DNA of 48,845 bases, from assembly GCA_036726285.1 (NCBI GenBank), contig DAIMCQ010000001.1:1-48845 (forward strand), read 5' to 3'. The translations under genes and the position numbers were made by a program. Shown here piece by piece: positions 1 to 9,656 of this stretch (its first letter is position 1; every line of letters begins with the position of its first letter). The notes beneath the pieces were generated by a model. That model saw only the letters and a list, made by a program, of their open reading frames with translations. It was not told the origin of the DNA and did no database searches. Source of the stretch: Azonexus sp. (GTDB lineage: Bacteria > Pseudomonadota > Gammaproteobacteria > Burkholderiales > Rhodocyclaceae).

Positions 1-278
1 AAGCCATCGTTTCGCGCTGCATTGCGCTGATCAAGTTCCACCCGCCGACCCGCGAAGACCGGCGCAAGATCTGGGGCGTCATGGCGGCGCAGTTCTCGCT
101 GCCGGTCGAACCGGGGCTGCTCGATCGCTTGCCGGATATTTTCCCGGAAGCGACCGGCCGGGACATCAAGGGCCTGGCCAAGCTGGTGGCGAAATACTGC
201 AATCAGAAGCAGGTGACGCCGGATGTCGAGGTCTTCCGCCGCTGCTCGATCTTCCGCGGCATGGAGGTGGTGGTCTGA
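1..278 (+). CDS. AAA-family ATPase, C-terminal part (5' end outside window)
   Basis: Frame open from the window edge: AIVSRCIALIKFHPPTREDRRKIW...ATGRDIKGL, resembling the AAA arginine-finger/lid region (SR..i.f..P..e.R..IW; xGRDI). Confidence 0.7.
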   Translation, partial: AIVSRCIALIKFHPPTREDRRKIWGVMAAQFSLPVEPGLLDRLPDIFPEATGRDIKGLAKLVAKYCNQKQVTPDVEVFRRCSIFRGMEVVV

Positions 279-284
279 AGCCTG

Positions 285-306
285 GCCCCCGCCGAAATGC
301 GGGGGC
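285..306. terminator. GC-rich hairpin between convergent genes
   Basis: GCCCCCGC-cgaaat-GCGGGGGC perfect 8-bp stem; no strong U-tract. Confidence 0.45.
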
Positions 307-315
307 GGGGTTCGT

Positions 316-777
316 TCAGACGAGGGCAGCCGGCTCGGGCAGCAGGGCGGCGACGACTGAACCGCCGACGCCATCCTCCGGGTCGAGGTGCAACAGCACG
401 TCGAGCGCGGCCGCCGCATCGCCCTGATTGCCACGCCGCAGCTGGATGAAGGCATAGCCCTTGAGTGCAGCCAGGGCCGGGCGCGGGGCGCTTTGCCAGG
501 CTTGCCATTGCGGCGCGATGCCCGCCTGGCGGGCGGCTTCGGCCAGCCACTGCGTGCTGGTGGCGAAAGCGGCTTCGAACTGGCGCTTGCGGTTGTGGTG
601 CTTGAACAGGCAGCGATAGGCGGGGAGTGCGGTGGGATCGAGGGCGATGGCCTGGCGAAAATAGCCTTCGGCCGCTGCCGGGTCGGTAAAGTGGCTGGCC
701 ACGCCTTGCTGGAGCAGCTGATCGACGGCCGGTGGCAGGTCACCGAAGTCGAGCTTGTCGTCGTTGTCGAGGTTCAT
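316..777 (-). CDS. TPR-like helical hypothetical protein
   Basis: 153 aa with TPR-like helices (AEGYFRQAIALDP; AALDVLLHLDPED). Confidence 0.65.
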   Translation of the reverse strand: MNLDNDDKLDFGDLPPAVDQLLQQGVASHFTDPAAAEGYFRQAIALDPTALPAYRCLFKHHNRKRQFEAAFATSTQWLAEAARQAGIAPQWQAWQSAPRPALAALKGYAFIQLRRGNQGDAAAALDVLLHLDPEDGVGGSVVAALLPEPAALV

Positions 778-877
778 TTTGGGTTATTTTGTCTTCAGGT
801 TGGGGCGTCTGCATGGTACGAAAAGCCCCGGAATTTGTCCTTGTATTTTGTAAGGTTATTTGACTCAGGAGAAAGCC

Positions 878-1183
878 ATGTTTCTGGCGATGAATCGTTT
901 CAAGATCGCGCTCGGCAAGGAGGACGCGTTTGTCGAGCACTGGCGCAAGCGCAACAGCTATCTGAGCGAGGTGCCGGGTTTTATCAGCTTCAACCTGCTG
1001 CGGGCCGAGGCCAACGAGAACTACACGCTGTTTGCCTCGCACACCGTCTGGGCCTCGGAGCAGGCCTTCGCCGACTGGACGCAATCGGAGGCTTTCCGCA
1101 AGGCACACATGGCGGCCGGCCAGTCGCCGCGCGATTTCTACCTGGGGCCGCCACAACTGGAGTTGTTCGAAGCGGTGCTTTGA
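878..1183 (+). CDS. Antibiotic biosynthesis monooxygenase family (HmoA/IsdG-like heme-degrading) protein
   Basis: AMNRF...VPGFISFNLL...SHTVW...FADWTQSEAFRKAH; AGGAG RBS before ATG 878. Confidence 0.85.
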   Translation: MFLAMNRFKIALGKEDAFVEHWRKRNSYLSEVPGFISFNLLRAEANENYTLFASHTVWASEQAFADWTQSEAFRKAHMAAGQSPRDFYLGPPQLELFEAVL

Positions 1184-1189
1184 TTCCGG

Positions 1190-1639
1190 CTATTTGGCCT
1201 GTTTGGCCAGAAAGCGGTCGAGGGCGTTGCCGAAGGCCTGCCGGTCGGCCTGGCTGAACGCCGCCGGGCCGCCGGTTTCGACCCCGGCGCTGCGCAGGCC
1301 CTCCATGAAATTGCGCATGGTCAGCCGTTCCTGGATGTTGGCCGTGGTGTAGAGCTCGCCACGTGGATTCAAGGCATGGGCGCCGCGATCGATGACGCCG
1401 GCAGCAAGCGGAATGTCGGCGGTGATGACGAGGTCGCCGGGGGCTAGTTGGTCGACGATGTGGCGGTCGGCGACATCGAATCCCGAGGGCACCTGGATGG
1501 CCCGGATGTAGCGGGACGGCGGCGTGCGCAGCATCTGGTTTGCAACCAGGATGGTTGAAATCTGCAGCCGTTCGGCGGCGCGAAAGATGATTTCCTTGAT
1601 GACGCCGGGGCAGGCGTCGGCGTCGACCCAGATTTGCAT
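1190..1639 (-). CDS. yaiI: YaiI/YqxD (UPF0178, DUF188) family protein
   Basis: [11 protein letters not shown]...[11 protein letters not shown] signature; start overlaps nnrS stop (TGATG). Confidence 0.9.
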   Translation of the reverse strand: MQIWVDADACPGVIKEIIFRAAERLQISTILVANQMLRTPPSRYIRAIQVPSGFDVADRHIVDQLAPGDLVITADIPLAAGVIDRGAHALNPRGELYTTANIQERLTMRNFMEGLRSAGVETGGPAAFSQADRQAFGNALDRFLAKQAK

Positions 1640-2799
1640 CAGTGAATTTTTCCGTCGATTCGAGCTTGGAGAAGATGCGGAATATACCGCCAGGCGAGCG
1701 TTCCGAAGCAAATCGCCCAGCAGGCGGCAGAAAGCTGGATCCAGAACAGGTAGATGGCGGGCTGGATTTGCGGCATCACAACTCGCAGCACGAGGGCGAG
1801 CAGCATGACGTAAAGGCAGGCCCGGTCGATGCCGTCGAAGACGACCTTGCGTCCAGTGTGGCCCTTGCTGATGCGGATCAGCATGGCGGGAATGACGCAG
1901 CCCATGGCGCCAAAGGTGAAGACATGGACGGAGACGGTGCCGATCCAGACAAAATTGACGAGATGGCCGAGGGCTTCGATCAGCAACTGGATGACGATGG
2001 CCAGGTAGCCGATGTACATGATGCCGATATCGATGCGGCGCAGCGCCAGATGCGGTTTCCAGAAAACGAAGCGGACGCCGAGCAGTACCGCCAGGGTGAG
2101 GGCGATGACCGCCGTCAGCGGGCGCGGCAACAGGAATTCAACGACCAGCAACAGGCCGAGCAGCTTGATCGCCATGTCCAGCAGCGGATGGCGCAGGATC
2201 TGGGTCTGGAAGGCGGCTTTCATGAACTGGGTCAGGGTGCGCTCGAGCATGACCAGGAAGCCCATCCGGAAAAGGCCCATGGCCATGCTGTAGCCGGAGA
2301 CGAAATTGTCGCCGTTGAGCATCAGGTATTTGGCGACCAGGAAAGCCGGCAGCATGACCATGAAAAAGGCGTTGTCGCGGTAGCTGTCCTGGGCACGATA
2401 GCGGATCAGCGTCCACATCAGCAGGGCGATGATGCTGCCGAGAAACACATTGTTCGAGAACAGGAAGAGGCCGCGTGGCCAGGCCGAGCCGAAGCTCATG
2501 CCGAGGCGCTCGAAGAGCCAGGCGGCAACCAGCAGCATCAGGGCCAGTCCGTGATAACCGCGGATGTTGACCCAGTTCTTGGTCGAGGTGAGCAGGAATC
2601 CCCCCAGGATCGCCCAGCCGAAACCGAAGAACATTTCGTGGGCGTGCCATTGCAGCGAGGTGAACGAGCCGCCCGGGGCCTCCAGGGAGCCGCCGAAGAT
2701 CAGGGCCCAGAAGACCGGGAAACTCATGCCGGCAAGGCAGGCCAGGGCGAAGAAGGGCCGGAAGCCGACCTGCCATAACGGATGGCTGGGAAAGAACAT
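1639..2799 (-). CDS. nnrS: NnrS family NO-response membrane protein
   Basis: [23 protein letters not shown] and RISKGHTGR motifs; many TM helices. This is the 3' part of the 853-aa ORF-track entry. Confidence 0.9.
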   Translation of the reverse strand: MFFPSHPLWQVGFRPFFALACLAGMSFPVFWALIFGGSLEAPGGSFTSLQWHAHEMFFGFGWAILGGFLLTSTKNWVNIRGYHGLALMLLVAAWLFERLGMSFGSAWPRGLFLFSNNVFLGSIIALLMWTLIRYRAQDSYRDNAFFMVMLPAFLVAKYLMLNGDNFVSGYSMAMGLFRMGFLVMLERTLTQFMKAAFQTQILRHPLLDMAIKLLGLLLVVEFLLPRPLTAVIALTLAVLLGVRFVFWKPHLALRRIDIGIMYIGYLAIVIQLLIEALGHLVNFVWIGTVSVHVFTFGAMGCVIPAMLIRISKGHTGRKVVFDGIDRACLYVMLLALVLRVVMPQIQPAIYLFWIQLSAACWAICFGTLAWRYIPHLLQARIDGKIH

Positions 2800-2976
2800 G
2801 CTGAACCTTTCTCGGTAATGGCTGCTCAAAGTGGCGAGTTTAGCGATGGATGGGCTGGACGAACTTGATTTATCCCATGCCAGGCACGCAAGACCTTTAA
2901 CAATGGCGTAAAATTCCGCGCTTAGCCGAGGCTGCGATATCGCATAGGGGTCCGGCTGCTTTTCTGAAGGATAGCA

Positions 2977-4233
2977 ATGAAGCGTGTGGATGATTTCCGC
3001 TTGCAGTTGGGCAAGCATGAGCTTGTACCAATCATGATTGGCGGCATGGGCGTGGATATTTCGACGGCCGACCTGGCTCTCGAAGCGGCCCGACTGGGGG
3101 GCGTCGGCCATATTTCCGACGCCATGATCAAGACGGTGACCGATCGCCGCTACCAGACCAAGTACGTCAAGGAAAAACTCGCTCTCTACAAGTACAACGC
3201 GCTCAACGAAGACAAATCGCCGGTCAAGTTCGACCTGGGCAAGATCGCCGAAGCGACCCGCCTGCATGTGGCTGGCACCATGGAACGCAAACAGGGCTCC
3301 GGCCTGGTTTTCGTGAACTGCATGGAAAAGCTGACCATGAATGCGCCGAAAGAGACGCTCAAGGTTCGCATGACGGCGGCGCTCGATGCCGGCATCGACG
3401 GCATCACGCTGGCCGCCGGCCTGCATCTCGGCTCCTTTGCGCTGATCGAGGACCACCCGCGTTTTCGCGATGCCAAGCTGGGCATCATCGTTTCGTCGGT
3501 GCGTGCCTTGCAGCTGTTCCTGAAGAAGACGGCTCGTACCAATCGTCTGCCCGACTTCGTCGTCGTTGAAGGTCCGCTGGCTGGCGGCCATCTGGGCTTC
3601 GGCATGGACTGGGCCCAGTACGACCTGGCGACCATCGTTGCCGAGGTCATCCAGTTCCTGAAGAACGAACATCTGGATATTCCGGTCATTCCGGCCGGTG
3701 GCATCTTTACCGGCTCCGATGCGGCGCAATTCCTTGAGGCCGGCGCTGCCGCCGTCCAGGTTGCTACCCGCTTTACCGTTGCCAAGGAGTGCGGCTTGCC
3801 GGAGAAGGTCCAGCAGGAGTACTTCAAGGCCAGCGAAGACGATATCGAGGTTAACCAGATTTCCCCGACCGGCTACCCGATGCGCATGCTCAAGGGCAGC
3901 CCGGCGATCGGCGACGGTATTCGCCCGAATTGCGAAGCTTACGGTTATCTGCTCGACGCCAACGGCAAGTGTTCCTACGTCACTGCCTACAACCGTGAAG
4001 TCGCCGCTCATCCCGATGCGCGCAAGATTTCGGTGATCGACAAGACCTGCCTCTGTACGCACATGCGCAATTTCGATTTGTGGACCTGCGGACAACTGAC
4101 TTATCGCCTGAAGGACACGACGCACAAGCGGGCCGACGGCAGCTACCAGATCCTGTCGGCGGAACATGTTTTCAAGGATTACCAGTTCAGTATCGATCAA
4201 AAACTCGCCTTGCCTGAAGTCGAAGCGGCTTGA
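2977..4233 (+). CDS. Nitronate monooxygenase-family FMN flavoprotein (FabX/UfaA-like)
   Basis: PIMIGGMG, VEGPLAGGHLG, PVIPAGGI, VQVATRF motifs; Cys-rich C-terminus. Confidence 0.85.
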   Translation: MKRVDDFRLQLGKHELVPIMIGGMGVDISTADLALEAARLGGVGHISDAMIKTVTDRRYQTKYVKEKLALYKYNALNEDKSPVKFDLGKIAEATRLHVAGTMERKQGSGLVFVNCMEKLTMNAPKETLKVRMTAALDAGIDGITLAAGLHLGSFALIEDHPRFRDAKLGIIVSSVRALQLFLKKTARTNRLPDFVVVEGPLAGGHLGFGMDWAQYDLATIVAEVIQFLKNEHLDIPVIPAGGIFTGSDAAQFLEAGAAAVQVATRFTVAKECGLPEKVQQEYFKASEDDIEVNQISPTGYPMRMLKGSPAIGDGIRPNCEAYGYLLDANGKCSYVTAYNREVAAHPDARKISVIDKTCLCTHMRNFDLWTCGQLTYRLKDTTHKRADGSYQILSAEHVFKDYQFSIDQKLALPEVEAA

Positions 4234-4251
4234 TCCTTGCTGAGCGGAACG

Positions 4252-4281
4252 AAAACCCGGCCGATTGGCCGGGTTTTTTTT
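4252..4281 (+). terminator. Rho-independent terminator
   Basis: AAAACCCGGCC-gatt-GGCCGGGTTTTTTTT just after stop 4233. Confidence 0.9.
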
Positions 4282-4482
4282 GAGGGGAATCGTGGCTGAC
4301 TGATCGTTAGAGAGACTTGATTCAGTGCATGAGCATGGTTTCAGTATTGTTTTTTTTGCCTAATTTCTATTGATTACCTGTTTTTCACCTACAATTAGCC
4401 GCTTCGGCGTCAAAACAGCCGAATATTTCCGGTTCAGTATGATTTCATGCCCCGTCGGGGTTGTGTTCATCACCTGCGAACA

Positions 4483-5691
4483 ATGACGCGAATACGCGCA
4501 AGACTTTTTCTCTCGGTATTGGTTTCGATCTGCCTGGCGGGCGGGTTGCCGCTTGCGTTGCCTGGAACGGCATGGGCCGACGATGAGCCAACCTTTTCCG
4601 TGCAGGGGTTCGGTACCTTGGGGGCGGCTCGGACGACCACCGAGGAAGCGCGTTTTGTTCGCGATCTGACGCAGCCAACGGGGGCGCGCAATCGTTGGGA
4701 TGGTCGTGTCGACAGCTTGCTGGGCTTGCAAGCCAATTGGCGATTGAGTCCGGAACTCGAAGTTGTTGCGCAGGGGGTCAGTCGCTTTCGCTACGATCAG
4801 ACCTATACCCCGGAGTTTTCCTGGGCATTCCTCAAATATGACCCGAATCCGCGACTCAGTATGCGGGTCGGGCGCTTGGGTACCGAATTCTTCATGATGG
4901 CTGACTCCCGTATGGTCGGCTATTCGTATTTGCCGGTGCGTCCGCCAGGCGATTTTTTCTGGTATCTGCCTTTCCTGGGGATCGATGGTGCCGATCTGGC
5001 CATGATTTTCCCGTTGGGGGACGATGTACTGCGCGGCAAGCTCTATTACGGTGTGTCCGATGCGAGTATTCCGCTAGCCGACAAGCAATGGAAAATCGAC
5101 GGTTCCCGGATGGCTGGCGGCTATCTCGACTACCAATCGGGAGCCTGGTTGTTCCGGGTTAGCTATGCCAACATCCGCTTTAGCAACGATATGCCGATCG
5201 ACGACGTGTTGGGGAGCTATCTGCCAGTCTCCGCGCAAGCGCCGGCTCACGATTTTCTGGCTGCGGCCAATACGCGCAGTCATTATTATTCGCTTGGCGC
5301 GGTTTACGATCGAGGTCCTTGGCAGATTCAGTTGATGCTCAACAGCATTACCCAGGGCGCCCGGATATTCGAAAGTTCGAAGGGTGGCTATGTGCTTGCC
5401 GGCTACAGGATAGGCCCCGTTACGCCTTACGTGGGTTATTCGCGAGTTTTTTCCGATTCGCGGGGGGCTACGCTAAATCCCGTTGTAGCCAGGATCATGG
5501 CTGATGCCCATGTCGATCAATGCACGACGATACTGGGGGCGCGCTGGGATTTGGCAAGGAATATCGCCATCAAGGCGCAATGGGATGGTATTCATGGGAA
5601 AGCCAATTCGATATTCCCATTCAGGTTGGAGACCGATGCCTTCAAGGGGCGTCTGGACGTGTTCTCGTTAACGATGGACTTCGTGTTTTAA
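4483..5691 (+). CDS. Putative outer-membrane porin / beta-barrel protein
   Basis: Signal peptide (..TAWA/DD), alternating amphipathic strands, C-terminal Phe (TMDFVF); alternative start at 4447. Confidence 0.75.
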   Translation: MTRIRARLFLSVLVSICLAGGLPLALPGTAWADDEPTFSVQGFGTLGAARTTTEEARFVRDLTQPTGARNRWDGRVDSLLGLQANWRLSPELEVVAQGVSRFRYDQTYTPEFSWAFLKYDPNPRLSMRVGRLGTEFFMMADSRMVGYSYLPVRPPGDFFWYLPFLGIDGADLAMIFPLGDDVLRGKLYYGVSDASIPLADKQWKIDGSRMAGGYLDYQSGAWLFRVSYANIRFSNDMPIDDVLGSYLPVSAQAPAHDFLAAANTRSHYYSLGAVYDRGPWQIQLMLNSITQGARIFESSKGGYVLAGYRIGPVTPYVGYSRVFSDSRGATLNPVVARIMADAHVDQCTTILGARWDLARNIAIKAQWDGIHGKANSIFPFRLETDAFKGRLDVFSLTMDFVF

Positions 5692-5694
5692 ATC

Positions 5695-6129
5695 ATGAGC
5701 TTCTATCGAATTCGCTTCCTGCTCCTCTCGATCAGCCTGTTTCTGCCAACTGCTGAAGCGCTGGCAGATCTTGTCGTAGTGGTCAATGCGCGCTCCGGCG
5801 TTGCCGTTATGACGCGTAACGAGATCGTCAATATTTTCTTCGGTCGCTATCGCCAGTTCTTTAATGGCGTCGAGGCCCAGCCCGTGGATTTGGTCGATAA
5901 CAACCCTGATCGCGCCCGTTTTTATGGCGCGTTGGTCGGCAAGGACTTGTCCGATGTCAATGCCTATTGGTCGCGGCAGGTTTTCTCCGGTCGCATGCAA
6001 CCTCCGCCCCGCGTTAGTAACGTGGATTAGGTTTTGCGCTGGGTTAGCTCACATCCCGGTGGAATCGGTTTTGTCGAGATGTCCAAGGCCGATGCGCGAG
6101 TTCGCGTTGTCTACGAACTCAATCCGTGA
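5695..6129 (+). pseudogene. Short PstS-like periplasmic binding protein interrupted by in-frame TAG at 6028-6030
   Basis: Signal peptide, then ADLVVVVN...YWSRQVFSGRMQPP. The frame continues after TAG as VLRWVSSHPGGIGFV...VRVVYELNP*, the usual C-terminus of this family. Confidence 0.75.
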
Positions 6130-6156
6130 TCTCTTCTTTCCTTTTTTGAGCCGACA

Positions 6157-6228
6157 TTGAACCTTGAGCTGATCGGCCTGGTCATCATCTTTGTGGCAAT
6201 TGCGATTGTCGTCATACGGTCACAATAA
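6157..6228 (+). CDS. Possible 23-aa single-TM peptide (TTG start)
   Basis: (M)NLELIGLVIIFVAIAIVVIRSQ*: a clean hydrophobic helix with a basic residue after it; RBS is weak. Confidence 0.3.
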   Translation: MNLELIGLVIIFVAIAIVVIRSQ

Positions 6229-6300
6229 ATCGGATGGCTTGCATCTATGCTCCGATTTCGTCACTATGATTATGCTGACAAATCAATAAAGGAGACAAAA

Positions 6301-6741
6301 ATGCCAAAACGAATGATCGGTGATATTTTGCTTGGACGCAGCTTGGTTACGGCAAGCCCGGAAATGACAGTGCGTTCAGCAAGCAGGTTGATGGCGGAAA
6401 AGAGAATCGGTGCGTTGCTGATCGTCGAAAATCAGCGGATTTCCGGTATTTTCACTGAGCGGGATGCGCTCAATAAAGTGCTGGCGGGCAGTCTTGATCC
6501 GGATGCAACGCGTTTGTCCCAGGTCATGGTGCGTGAGCCGCAAACCATTCGGGCCGACAAGCCGCTGGCTTATGCCTTGCATATGATGGCCGAAGGCGGT
6601 TTTCGCCATGTGCCGGTTGTCGATGATGCAGGCGTGCCGGTCGGCATGGTCTCGGCCCGCGATGCCCTGGGGCAGGACATGGTCGAGTTGGAGCGCGATA
6701 TGCGCCGCCTGGAGGAGCTTGAGGGCTCGATCGGCTACTGA
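6301..6741 (+). CDS. CBS domain-containing protein
   Basis: Tandem CBS motifs (IGALLIVE..GIFTERD; FRHVPVVD..GMVS.RD); GGAG RBS. Confidence 0.9.
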   Translation: MPKRMIGDILLGRSLVTASPEMTVRSASRLMAEKRIGALLIVENQRISGIFTERDALNKVLAGSLDPDATRLSQVMVREPQTIRADKPLAYALHMMAEGGFRHVPVVDDAGVPVGMVSARDALGQDMVELERDMRRLEELEGSIGY

Positions 6742-6744
6742 CGG

Positions 6745-7476
6745 CTAATCCGGGATCTTCCAGCCCAGCTGCGCCAGTGTGGCGGCGAATTCGCCGGACA
6801 CTGGCGTTTTTATTTCCAGTGTCTTGCCGGTGACGGGGTGCTGAAAATCGAGTCGGGTGCAGGCCAGCAGCATACGTTGACAAGCGAACTGCTGGGTAAA
6901 GAAACGGTTGTGTTTCCCTTTGCCGTAGGTGGCGTCGCCAATGATCGGGTGTGCGATGTGTTTCAGATGGCGCCTGATCTGGTGTCGGCGCCCGGTCAGC
7001 GGGTTCAGTTCAAGTAGCGAATAGCGGCTGCTTGGGTAACGGTCCACGGCAAACGGCAGTTCGACTTCGGCCAGGCGGCGAAATTGGGTGCGTGCCGCTT
7101 GTGCCTCCTCGCTGCATTGGTCGCCGGCAAATTCATAACTGTCCCGCTGGCGTTTCAGAGGGTGATCGATATCGCCACTGTCCGGTGTGATGCCGCGGAC
7201 GACGGCGAGGTAGCGTTTGCCGACCGTTCCGGCGTCGAATTGCTTGCCCAGCCGGCTGGCCATTTCGGTCGATAGGGCGAACAGCAGGACGCCGGATGTC
7301 CCGCGATCGAGGCGATGGGCCGGCCAGACCCATTGACCGATCTGGTTGCGCAGAATCTGAATGGCAAAGCGCGTTTCGTGGCGATCGATTTCCGAGCGAT
7401 GGACCAGCAGTCCAGAGGGCTTGTCGATGACGACGATATGCTCGTCGCGATAGAGGATAGGGAGTTCTTCAGCCAA
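6745..7476 (-). CDS. truC: tRNA pseudouridine(65) synthase TruC (RluA family)
   Basis: KPSGLLVHRS, HRLDRGTSG, TGRRHQIRRHLKHIAHPIIGD..YGKGKHNR. Confidence 0.85.
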   Translation of the reverse strand: MAEELPILYRDEHIVVIDKPSGLLVHRSEIDRHETRFAIQILRNQIGQWVWPAHRLDRGTSGVLLFALSTEMASRLGKQFDAGTVGKRYLAVVRGITPDSGDIDHPLKRQRDSYEFAGDQCSEEAQAARTQFRRLAEVELPFAVDRYPSSRYSLLELNPLTGRRHQIRRHLKHIAHPIIGDATYGKGKHNRFFTQQFACQRMLLACTRLDFQHPVTGKTLEIKTPVSGEFAATLAQLGWKIPD

Positions 7477-8452
7477 AGAAACGGCTCATTGCCTCGGCGG
7501 GAATCTCGGTGCCGGTAATGTGGGCACGTTCGAGCAATTCCCAGTAGTAGCGATAGGAAGCGCGATCATGCAGTTTTCCGGCATGCTGGGTTGGACCCCA
7601 GTCATTGTTCTGGGCGGCAATCAGTATTTCGGTAGCCGCCTGGACTTCAGAGAAGTCGGGGCGCATGGCTTCAACGATGGGGGTGATCTGGTTGGGATGG
7701 ATACTCCACATCCGCAGGTAACCGAATTCGCGACGGGCGCGCAGTGCGTCGTTGCGGATGGTGTCGAGGTCTTTCAGTTCGGTTGTGACGTTATGCGATG
7801 GAACGACGCCGCAGGCCAGCGCAGCGGCCGAAATCTCGCATTTGGCGCGGGCAACCAGGGGGTGTTCAAACTGGCCCGGGCTTTTCATGGCGCTACCGGG
7901 GATGGCGCCATGGTGGCCGGAGACGAAATCCATCAGGCCGAAATCCAGCGACTCGACGCCGGGCAGGGCAGCGATTTCCCAGACTTCGCGCAGCGCGCCG
8001 TGGGTCTCGATCAGCACGTGTACCGGGATGCGGCGGTCAATGCCATGTTCCCGTTCGATGTCGCGCAGGGCTTCGAGTTGAATCTGGACGTCGCCGGCGC
8101 TGCACGGTTTGGGCAGGGTGATGAAGGGCAAGCGGTTGCCGGCACGGCTGACGAGAATCTCGAGGTCCTGGCGCCAGTGCGGGTGCGTGACGTCGTGAAT
8201 GCGGGCGCCAACCCGGTTGAACAGATTGTCTTCCGACATGATGACGGCGGCGGCCATTTCGGCATGTTCGCGTTCGGCGCCGGCGTGAGCGCCATCCTCG
8301 CAATCGCAAGTGATGTCAAAGATGGGGCCGAGTTCCTTTTGCAGAAGCAGCGCTTTGCGCATCAGCTTTTCCGAGCCGGCGTAATGGTCAACGGCCGGCA
8401 GGATGGGGAAGGGCTTTTCGCCCGCGAAGAGCACGGCTTTGGGATGGCGCAT
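7469..8452 (-). CDS. CitE / HpcH-HpaI aldolase-citrate lyase family protein
   Basis: DCEDGA, LIET, FGLMDF, MWSIHPNQI motifs; lies downstream of mdh. Confidence 0.85.
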   Translation of the reverse strand: MRHPKAVLFAGEKPFPILPAVDHYAGSEKLMRKALLLQKELGPIFDITCDCEDGAHAGAEREHAEMAAAVIMSEDNLFNRVGARIHDVTHPHWRQDLEILVSRAGNRLPFITLPKPCSAGDVQIQLEALRDIEREHGIDRRIPVHVLIETHGALREVWEIAALPGVESLDFGLMDFVSGHHGAIPGSAMKSPGQFEHPLVARAKCEISAAALACGVVPSHNVTTELKDLDTIRNDALRARREFGYLRMWSIHPNQITPIVEAMRPDFSEVQAATEILIAAQNNDWGPTQHAGKLHDRASYRYYWELLERAHITGTEIPAEAMSRFFG

Positions 8453-8467
8453 GATGTTCCGGTTGGC

Positions 8468-8504
8468 AAAAATAAAAAAGGCCGCGGCATTTTACCGCGG
8501 CCTT
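8468..8504 (-). terminator. Rho-independent terminator of mdh
   Basis: Minus strand AAGGCCGCGG-loop-CCGCGGCCTT followed by a T-rich tail. Confidence 0.8.
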
Positions 8505-8531
8505 CCGATGAAGCTGAGAACTAATGCCGGA

Positions 8532-9518
8532 TTACAGCATGTCCTTGACGGCTTCGGCTTCGTCGGTCAGTTCCTTGAGCGTGATGTTGATCTTCTCACG
8601 GCTGTACTCGTCGATTTCCAGGCCTTGGATGATCTTGAAGGAACCGCCCTTGCACTCGCACGGGAAGCCGAAAACGATGCCGGCCGGGATGCCGTAGGAG
8701 CCGTCGGACGGCACGCCCATGGTGACCCATTCGTCGGAGCCCAGAACCCAGTCACGGACGTGGTCGATGGCAGCGTTGGCAGCAGAAGCGGCCGAGGACA
8801 GGCCACGGGCTTCGATGATGGCGGCGCCGCGCTTGCCGACGGTCGGCAGGAAAACGTCGTTATTCCAGGCGTGATCGTTGATCAGGGCCTTGACGCTGTC
8901 GCCGTTGGAGGTGGTGTAGCGGTAATCGGCATACATCGTCGGGGAGTGGTTGCCCCAGACGACCAGCTTCTTCAGGGAAGAAACTTCGCGACCGGCCTTG
9001 CCGGCCAGTTGCGACAGAGCGCGGTTGTGGTCCAGGCGCAGCATGCCGTGGTAGTTGTTCGGGTTGGTGCGACCAACCTTCTTGGCGGCGGCAGCAGCAA
9101 TGAAGGCATTGGTGTTGCAGGGATTGCCGACGACCAGAACCTTGACGTCTTCCTTGGCGTTTTCGGCGATGGCCTTGCCTTGAACGGTGAAGATGGCACC
9201 GTTGGCGGTCAGCAGATCGGCACGTTCCATGCCCTTGGTGCGCGGGCGGGCGCCGACCAGCAAGCAGACGTCGGCATCTTTGAAGGCAACATTCGGGTCA
9301 TCGGTGGCAACCATGCCGGCGAGCAGCGGGAAAGCACAGTCTTCCAACTCCATCATCACGCCCTTGACGGCTTGCTGGGCTTGCGGCAGATCGAGCAACT
9401 GAAGGATGACCGGCTGGTCTTTGCCGAGCATTTCGCCGGAGGCAATGCGGAACAGCAGGCTATAACCGATCTGGCCGGCGGCGCCGGTAATAGCTACGCG
9501 CATGGGGGCTTTGGACAT
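8532..9518 (-). CDS. mdh: Malate dehydrogenase
   Basis: [34 protein letters not shown]. Confidence 0.97.
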   Translation of the reverse strand: MSKAPMRVAITGAAGQIGYSLLFRIASGEMLGKDQPVILQLLDLPQAQQAVKGVMMELEDCAFPLLAGMVATDDPNVAFKDADVCLLVGARPRTKGMERADLLTANGAIFTVQGKAIAENAKEDVKVLVVGNPCNTNAFIAAAAAKKVGRTNPNNYHGMLRLDHNRALSQLAGKAGREVSSLKKLVVWGNHSPTMYADYRYTTSNGDSVKALINDHAWNNDVFLPTVGKRGAAIIEARGLSSAASAANAAIDHVRDWVLGSDEWVTMGVPSDGSYGIPAGIVFGFPCECKGGSFKIIQGLEIDEYSREKINITLKELTDEAEAVKDML

Positions 9519-9656
9519 ATGTCGCTCCTGTATCAAACAGCGTGGTAGAAATTGTGCGGGTCTGCTCGATTGCCGGCCGTTGTTTTTGCCTAGATTGGGC
9601 GGGCTCGAGAGAATGAAGATGTTAGAAGTTCAAAGCGGGGCTGTCAATTCATCATC

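Noticed and set aside
2865..2878. Possible FNR/DNR box upstream of nnrS (TTGATTTATCCCAT)
   Set aside because: Only the TTGAT half matches; too weak to call
1639..4200. 853-aa minus-strand ORF suggesting a large NnrS fusion
   Set aside because: The N-terminal half is the antisense shadow of the NMO-family gene plus the intergenic spacer; NnrS motifs begin at 2799
4317..4330. Possible FNR-like site before the porin gene (TTGATTCAGTGCAT)
   Set aside because: Second half-site is poor
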